DNA from: an uncultured Pseudanabaenaceae cyanobacterium
GTDB lineage: Bacteria; Cyanobacteriota; Cyanobacteriia; PCC-9006; JAAUQQ01
Direction of reading: 5' to 3'
DNA: 64,000 bases
Assembly (NCBI GenBank): GCA_938017515.1
Contig: CALIJJ010000030.1
Location: 6,360-70,359, forward strand
Below, in pieces: positions 58,638 through 64,000 of the stretch; the stretch's first letter is position 1; every line of letters starts with the position of its first letter. The notes beneath the pieces were generated by a model. It was not told where the DNA came from and searched no databases. It saw only the letters and a program-made list of their open reading frames with translations. Both the position numbers and the translations under genes were made by a program.

Positions 58638-60530
58638 ATGCCGTCGGCTTCCCCCGCCCCCCAACGTAATGCCCGTTCCCATCGTCGTGGTGCCAACCGC
58701 CGCGAGACGGATTGGCAACTGGTCAAGCGGCTGGTGCCCTATGCCAAGCAGAATGGTCGGTTGCTGACGACCTCACTGTTGCTGTTGGTGCCGGTGGCGA
58801 TCGCCGGAGCCGTCCAGCCGGTCATCCTGGGCCTCGCCACGTCGCTGCTGCTGGGCCAGGTCTGCCCAGAGCCCTCCCCCGGAAATCCCACGCCGAGCTG
58901 TGGCTTTTTCGAGAATTTTTTGGCTCAGCAGGGGTCCATGACCGCGGGCCTGAACCTGTTGGCGATCGCCCTCCTGGGCACAATTCTGTTGCGGCTGGCC
59001 TTTCGCGGCTGGCAGGGCTACCTCGTCCAGGAAGTGGGCCAAAGAATTACGGCGGCCATTCGAGCAGATCTGTTTGAGCATGTCACCTCCCTGTCTGTGC
59101 GCTTCTTTGACCGCACGCCCGTGGGTCGGCTGATTACGCGATTGACCAGTGACGTGGAATCCCTGGGGGATGTCTTTTCAACGGGGGCCATCGGTATCGT
59201 CAGCGATCTGTTTGCCCTGCTGACCCTCGTGGTGATCATGTTCCTGCGCCAGTGGCAGCTGGGCTTGCTGCTGACGGTGTTGCTGCTGCCCGTCACCGCA
59301 CTGATCGTCTTTTTTCAGCAGCGCTATCGCAAGGCCAATTACAAATCCCGTGAGGAGTTGTCCAAGCTCAACTCCATGCTCCAGGAAAATGTCATGGGCA
59401 TCAATGTGGTGCAGCTTTTCCGGCGGGAGCGCTACAACAGCGAGGTGTTTCGGGCGACCAATCAGCGCTACATCAAGGAAGTGGATAAGACGATTTTCCA
59501 CGACTCGGCGATTTCAGCCACGCTGGAGTGGATTTCCTTTACGGCGATCGCCGTCATCCTCTACTTCGGGGCACTCCTGGTCCTGCGGGGCCCCATCGGC
59601 GTCGGGCAACTGGTGGAATTCATCCTCTTCGCCCAGAAGCTCTTTGATCCCCTGCGGCAATTGGCCGAGAAATTCACGGCGATCCAGTCCGGTCTCACCG
59701 CCGTGGAGCGCATTAGTGATCTGCTCAACGAGCCGATTGAGATCGAAGACCGGGCCGGAGACTTGGCGGTGTTGGCCAAGAGCACCCGCACGGAACAGCG
59801 AGGGTCAATCCGATTTGACAATGTTTGGTTTGGCTATAAGCCCGATGAATTTGTTCTCACGGGGCTGGACTTTGAGATCAAGCCCGGTGAGAAAATTGCC
59901 CTGGTGGGACCGACCGGCGCCGGAAAAAGTTCAATCATTCGCCTGCTCTGCCGCTTGTATGAACCCAGCAAAGGCCGCATCCTGATCGATGGCGTGGACA
60001 TTCGCGATTTGCCCCAGCAGGAGTTGCGCCGCCACATCGGCGTGATTTTGCAGGACGGTTTCCTTTTTGCTGGAGATGTGAAAAGCAACATTGCCCTGGG
60101 GGAGTCCTACCCCTTTGAGCAAATCCAGGCGGCGGCGGAACAGACCAACGTGGCACCGTTCATCGAACAATTGCCCCAGGGCTACGACACGGAGCTGCGC
60201 CAGCGAGGCGCAAACCTGTCCGGTGGGCAAAAGCAGCTCTTGGCCTTTGCTCGGGTTGCGGTGCGGGATCCTGAGATTTTGGTGCTGGATGAAGCCACGT
60301 CCAATTTGGACGTGGGTACCGAAGCAGATATTCAGGTTGCGCTGGAAACGTTGCTAGAGCAACGGACTGCGATCATCATTGCTCACCGCCTTTCGACCAT
60401 TCGCAATGTCGATCGCATTTTGGTGCTAAAGCAAGGGAAGCTGGTCGAGTCCGGCAGCCATCAGGCCCTCTTGGAGGAGGATGGTCTCTATGCCGGTCTC
60501 TATAAGCTCCAGCTCCTTGGGGCGGCTTAA
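58638..60530 (+). CDS. ABC exporter, fused permease/ATPase (MdlB-like)
   Basis: TM domain, GPTGAGKS, LSGGQKQ, LDEATS, AHRLST. Confidence 0.93.
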   Translation: MPSASPAPQRNARSHRRGANRRETDWQLVKRLVPYAKQNGRLLTTSLLLLVPVAIAGAVQPVILGLATSLLLGQVCPEPSPGNPTPSCGFFENFLAQQGSMTAGLNLLAIALLGTILLRLAFRGWQGYLVQEVGQRITAAIRADLFEHVTSLSVRFFDRTPVGRLITRLTSDVESLGDVFSTGAIGIVSDLFALLTLVVIMFLRQWQLGLLLTVLLLPVTALIVFFQQRYRKANYKSREELSKLNSMLQENVMGINVVQLFRRERYNSEVFRATNQRYIKEVDKTIFHDSAISATLEWISFTAIAVILYFGALLVLRGPIGVGQLVEFILFAQKLFDPLRQLAEKFTAIQSGLTAVERISDLLNEPIEIEDRAGDLAVLAKSTRTEQRGSIRFDNVWFGYKPDEFVLTGLDFEIKPGEKIALVGPTGAGKSSIIRLLCRLYEPSKGRILIDGVDIRDLPQQELRRHIGVILQDGFLFAGDVKSNIALGESYPFEQIQAAAEQTNVAPFIEQLPQGYDTELRQRGANLSGGQKQLLAFARVAVRDPEILVLDEATSNLDVGTEADIQVALETLLEQRTAIIIAHRLSTIRNVDRILVLKQGKLVESGSHQALLEEDGLYAGLYKLQLLGAA

Positions 60531-61193
60531 GGTTTGCGTTGGGTTGGCGTTGGGTTGGCCTTACGCTGGGCGGACCCTCGTGATGAACCACGGTTCATCC
60601 CTGAGTACAGGATTAGGCTGGGTGGGTTGGTGTGGAGGGGGGAATCGTTGGGGTGATTCGGCTGGAGGCTGGGATGTTGCGGCCAGCGCCAGCTTGGTAG
60701 GCGGCATAGAACCACCGATTGTTTCTGGGATAACGAACTCTTGCGCCAGCCTGGTAGCTCTGAACGTACTGCATAGAAAAATTAGAGAATTCTACAAAAT
60801 GCAGGAGACAAAGCCTTGAAGAACTCCAAGGGAGTGGGCATTTGCTCTGCATCACGGTTCTGCGTAACGGTTCGTCGAACGATTGAGGCAAACTATCCAA
60901 ACAGACCTTCGCGGCAAAATTCATCGAAACAGGAAAACCTGGCAAAGTTCAGTGCGATCGCTGAATTCTCTTGTGTATGATTCCTCTTGCTTGGCCGATG
61001 GCTCCCGCCGTGGCTCGACTATGGGTTGATCGATGGCGTAACGGCTTGATGGCCCCAGGGCTCTAGCCCGCTGCCCTGGTACGGGCGAGATAAGCCAGGT
61101 TCGCCAATAAAAATCCTCCGAAACAACGCTGGCAAACGTTGCTTTGGAGGCTGGTGCTGATTCCTTGTGGCTGGGGACCGCGAGCGATGCCGC

Positions 61194-61484
61194 CTAGCCC
61201 TTGGGTCCGTAGTAGAAGGCAATTTCCTTATCCTTCAGACCTGCCCAACCGGCATCAACCAGCTTTTGGTTGAGTTCATCCTGGGCGATGTGCTTGGCAC
61301 CGATGCGGACAATGCGCGATCGCATGCTATTCGTCACGCCGCTGCGCTTACGGTTACCCTCTAGGCCCATCACGCCGGTGTAGAGATCCAGCATCTTGGG
61401 GGGAATGGGGGAACCGTCGAGGTCGAGGCCCTGGGCGATCGCCGCATCAACGGCTTCGGCACCACTTTGTTGTTGGTCACTCAT
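61194..61484 (-). CDS. DUF4090 family cyanobacterial protein
   Basis: AVDAAIAQGLDLDGSPIP...RSGVTNSMRSRIVRIGAKH...LKDKEIAFY. Confidence 0.8.
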   Translation of the reverse strand: MSDQQQSGAEAVDAAIAQGLDLDGSPIPPKMLDLYTGVMGLEGNRKRSGVTNSMRSRIVRIGAKHIAQDELNQKLVDAGWAGLKDKEIAFYYGPKG

Positions 61485-61628
61485 GGCAATGAAGTCTAAC
61501 GATTACTTCTCCAGCCTACCGGTGAACCTGTTGTTTACTGATTCGGTTACGGGGGCGTTCGCCGTCGTGTTTGTCGGGGCGTTCGCCGAGTCCTCATTGG
61601 ATATGTGTGATGGCCCCGAAAAATAGGC

Positions 61629-61735
61629 AAAAAAAAGCGACCCTAAAGCACCTAGATGGGTCGCTAAATCTTCCTTCAATGCTGGAAACCCGGTGGGGTT
61701 AAGACCGAGTTTGCCCTGATGTCGGGGTTACATGT
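61629..61735 (-). ncRNA. candidate small RNA, possibly a PsrR1 homolog
   Basis: -10-like TATGAT (61746-61741), hairpin AAACUCGGU/ACCGGGUUU, terminator AGCGACCC/GGGUCGCU plus U8; identity based on recalled motifs only. Confidence 0.5.
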
Positions 61736-62092
61736 CTCTCATCATAGTCTTCACGCTTTGAAATGGGATGAGGGTGCAGACCCCTCACAAGTAATACAGC
61801 ATAAGCCGTATTTATACGGAGGACGCAATGCCAAAGGGGAGCTACCCCTTCGGGGCCTGACTCCTCACCCTTGAGACGACGTTTTATCGCCTTTGCTTCC
61901 GTGATTGTTCGGGAAATCGTGGGTTGTCCCATCGCAGGATTTTGGATGATTCTGAGCGTAATGCTGATGGCATTGCCCCTTAGAATGGGACGGGTGCGTT
62001 TTGCATCTATTTCGCGCTAGTTTTCGCGCCTGATCTTGATCCCTGACGTTGCCTCGGCGATGTTTTGGGGACAGCCCTTCTGAGCAATTGTG

Positions 62093-64000
62093 ATGAGCAT
62101 TTTTACGCTGCAATCGGTGTCCAAGGATTTTGGCATCAAGCCGATTTTGAATGACGCTAGTTTCAGTTTGGGCGCAACGGACAAGATTGGATTAATTGGA
62201 ACCAATGGTTCGGGGAAATCGACCCTGCTGAAAATGATTGCGGGTTTGGAGCCCATTGATACGGGCGATCGCTTGGTTAACTCAGCGGTCCGCATTGTCT
62301 ATCTCCCCCAGGAGCCGGAGCTGGACGAGGGCAAGACGGTCATCGAACAAATCTTTGCCGATAGCGGCGAGCTGATGACCCTGGTCCGCGAGTACGAAGC
62401 GGTGTCCCACCAGATGGAACTGGGGGATACGAGTGATGCGTTGCTGAAGAAGCTGTCGCGTCTGACCGAGCAGATGGATGCCCTGGGCGGCTGGGATCTG
62501 GAGGCCAAGGCCAAGATTGTCCTGACGAAACTGGGCATCGAGGATTTTGAGGCGCGTATTGGTTCCCTTTCTGGAGGCTATCGCAAGCGTATTGCTTTGG
62601 CCATGGCGCTGCTATCGGAGCCGGATGTGCTGCTGATGGATGAGCCGACCAACCATTTGGATGCCCTGTCAGTGGAGTGGCTGCAAAGCTATTTGAATCG
62701 CTATCCCGGTGCCTTGCTGCTGATCACCCACGATCGCTACTTCCTGGATCGGGTGACGACGCGCATTCTGGAGCTGGACCGGGGCGACCTGTCCAATTTT
62801 AACGGCAACTATTCCTACTATTTGCAGAAGAAAGCGGAGCTGGAAGATTCCGCCGCCAGCAGCCAGCAGAAGCACAAAGGGGTGTTGCGGCGGGAACTGG
62901 AGTGGTTGAGCCGGGGAGCCAAGGCCCGCAGTACCAAGCAACGGGCCCGGATCCAGCGTATTGAGGCGATGCAGGAGAAGGAATTCAAGCAGGACCTCGG
63001 AAAAGTTGAAGTTTCAACTGTGGGGCGGCGCATTGGTAAGAAGGTGATTGATGTGGAAGGTGTCTCGAAGGGCTATGGCGAGCGTACGCTGATCAACAAC
63101 TTCTCCCACGCCTTCACCCCCGAAGACCGCATCGGCATCATTGGCCCCAACGGTGCCGGAAAATCCACGCTGATGGACATGATCACCGGGCGGCTGGAGC
63201 CGGATTCGGGCCATGTGGAAATTGGTCAGACGATTCACATTGGCTATTTTGATCAGTATTCCAATGATTTGCTGGAGGCCGCGGACGAGAACCAGCGAGT
63301 GATTGACTACATCAAAGAGGTGGCGGAGCTGGTGGAGACCTCCGACGGGAGCACCATCACGGCTTCGCAGATGCTGGAGCGCTTTCTGTTTCCGCCGGAG
63401 CAGCAGTATTCCCCCCTGTCGAAGCTGTCCGGTGGGGAGCGGCGGCGACTGTTTTTGTTGCGGGTGTTGATGGGAGCACCCAATGTTCTGATTTTGGACG
63501 AGCCGACGAATGATTTGGATGTGCAGACCCTGTCGGTGTTGGAGGAATATCTCGAAGAGTTTAACGGCTGTGTGATTACGGTGTCCCACGATCGCTATTT
63601 CCTCGATCGCGCTGTGGACACGATTTTTTCGCTAGAGGAAGGCGGCAATATTCGTCGCTATCCCGGCAATTATTCGGTCTATCTGGACTATAAGAAGGCG
63701 GAGGAGGATGCGGCCAAGGAGGCTGCGGCCCAGGCGGAGAAGGCTGCGAAGGCGTCGGCAACTAAAGGGGCAAAGGAGAAGGAAGGGCGATCGCAGTCGG
63801 AGCGTGCACGCCGTTTGTCCTATAAGGAAAAGCGCGAGCTAGAGAGCCTCGAAACGCAAATTCCGAAGATGGAAGAAGAAAAGGAGCAGTTGGAGAAGAC
63901 GCTGTACCAGAATCCGCCGTCGGACTTTACGGAGTTGGAAAAGCTGTCGGCGAAGTTGGGTGAGTTGACCGAGGCGATCGAGACGGGGACGGAGCGCTGG
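62093..64000 (+). CDS. ABC-F family ATPase (Uup-like), runs off the window end
   Basis: MSIFTLQSVSKDFG start; two ATPase domains (GTNGSGKST, LSGG, DEPTNHLD; GPNGAGKST, DEPTNDLD); no TM segments; not in the ORF track because no stop lies in the window. Confidence 0.92.
   Translation, partial: MSIFTLQSVSKDFGIKPILNDASFSLGATDKIGLIGTNGSGKSTLLKMIAGLEPIDTGDRLVNSAVRIVYLPQEPELDEGKTVIEQIFADSGELMTLVREYEAVSHQMELGDTSDALLKKLSRLTEQMDALGGWDLEAKAKIVLTKLGIEDFEARIGSLSGGYRKRIALAMALLSEPDVLLMDEPTNHLDALSVEWLQSYLNRYPGALLLITHDRYFLDRVTTRILELDRGDLSNFNGNYSYYLQKKAELEDSAASSQQKHKGVLRRELEWLSRGAKARSTKQRARIQRIEAMQEKEFKQDLGKVEVSTVGRRIGKKVIDVEGVSKGYGERTLINNFSHAFTPEDRIGIIGPNGAGKSTLMDMITGRLEPDSGHVEIGQTIHIGYFDQYSNDLLEAADENQRVIDYIKEVAELVETSDGSTITASQMLERFLFPPEQQYSPLSKLSGGERRRLFLLRVLMGAPNVLILDEPTNDLDVQTLSVLEEYLEEFNGCVITVSHDRYFLDRAVDTIFSLEEGGNIRRYPGNYSVYLDYKKAEEDAAKEAAAQAEKAAKASATKGAKEKEGRSQSERARRLSYKEKRELESLETQIPKMEEEKEQLEKTLYQNPPSDFTELEKLSAKLGELTEAIETGTERW

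Noticed and set aside
60880..60955. GGCAAA...GAAA...GCAAAG resembling a c-di-GMP-I (GEMM) riboswitch
   Set aside because: Required stem pairing and the GACGCAAA element are absent, and no downstream + strand gene is close
61860..61870. ACTCCTCACCC resembling the Yfr1 core motif ACUCCUCACAC
   Set aside because: One mismatch, no following terminator and not the usual genomic context

Overview
Core-chromosome segment of a cyanobacterium, shown by abundant HIP1 octamers (GCGATCGC) and by nblA, chlB, bvdR and a PSII S4-domain gene. It contains ctaA-ctaB; a glutathione-dependent formaldehyde locus (frmA...fghA) interrupted by nblA and an ArsM-like methyltransferase; a complete pixGHIJL-type phototaxis operon with a DXCF cyanobacteriochrome MCP; and directly upstream of it a porin-TPR-bcsB-bcsA cellulose synthase cluster. 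Other genes include a cation-chloride cotransporter, exbBD, rfbB-prmA-serA, queA, chlB, ABC transporters and a partial ABC-F gene. The strongest unannotated signal is a candidate ribosome-mediated attenuator in front of a DAHP synthase that lacks a regulatory domain. It has a 17-codon leader peptide MFSPRFYFFWFMEVHRK (run FYFFWF, all three aromatic amino acids) at 35936-35989, a perfect 14-bp antiterminator and an overlapping intrinsic terminator. Also seen: a candidate sRNA (possibly PsrR1-like), a cyclophilin with an unusual architecture, and recurrent short tandem duplications anchored on stop codons. No rRNA, tRNA, CRISPR array or transposase was recognised. All family assignments come from motif recognition by eye; no searches were run.
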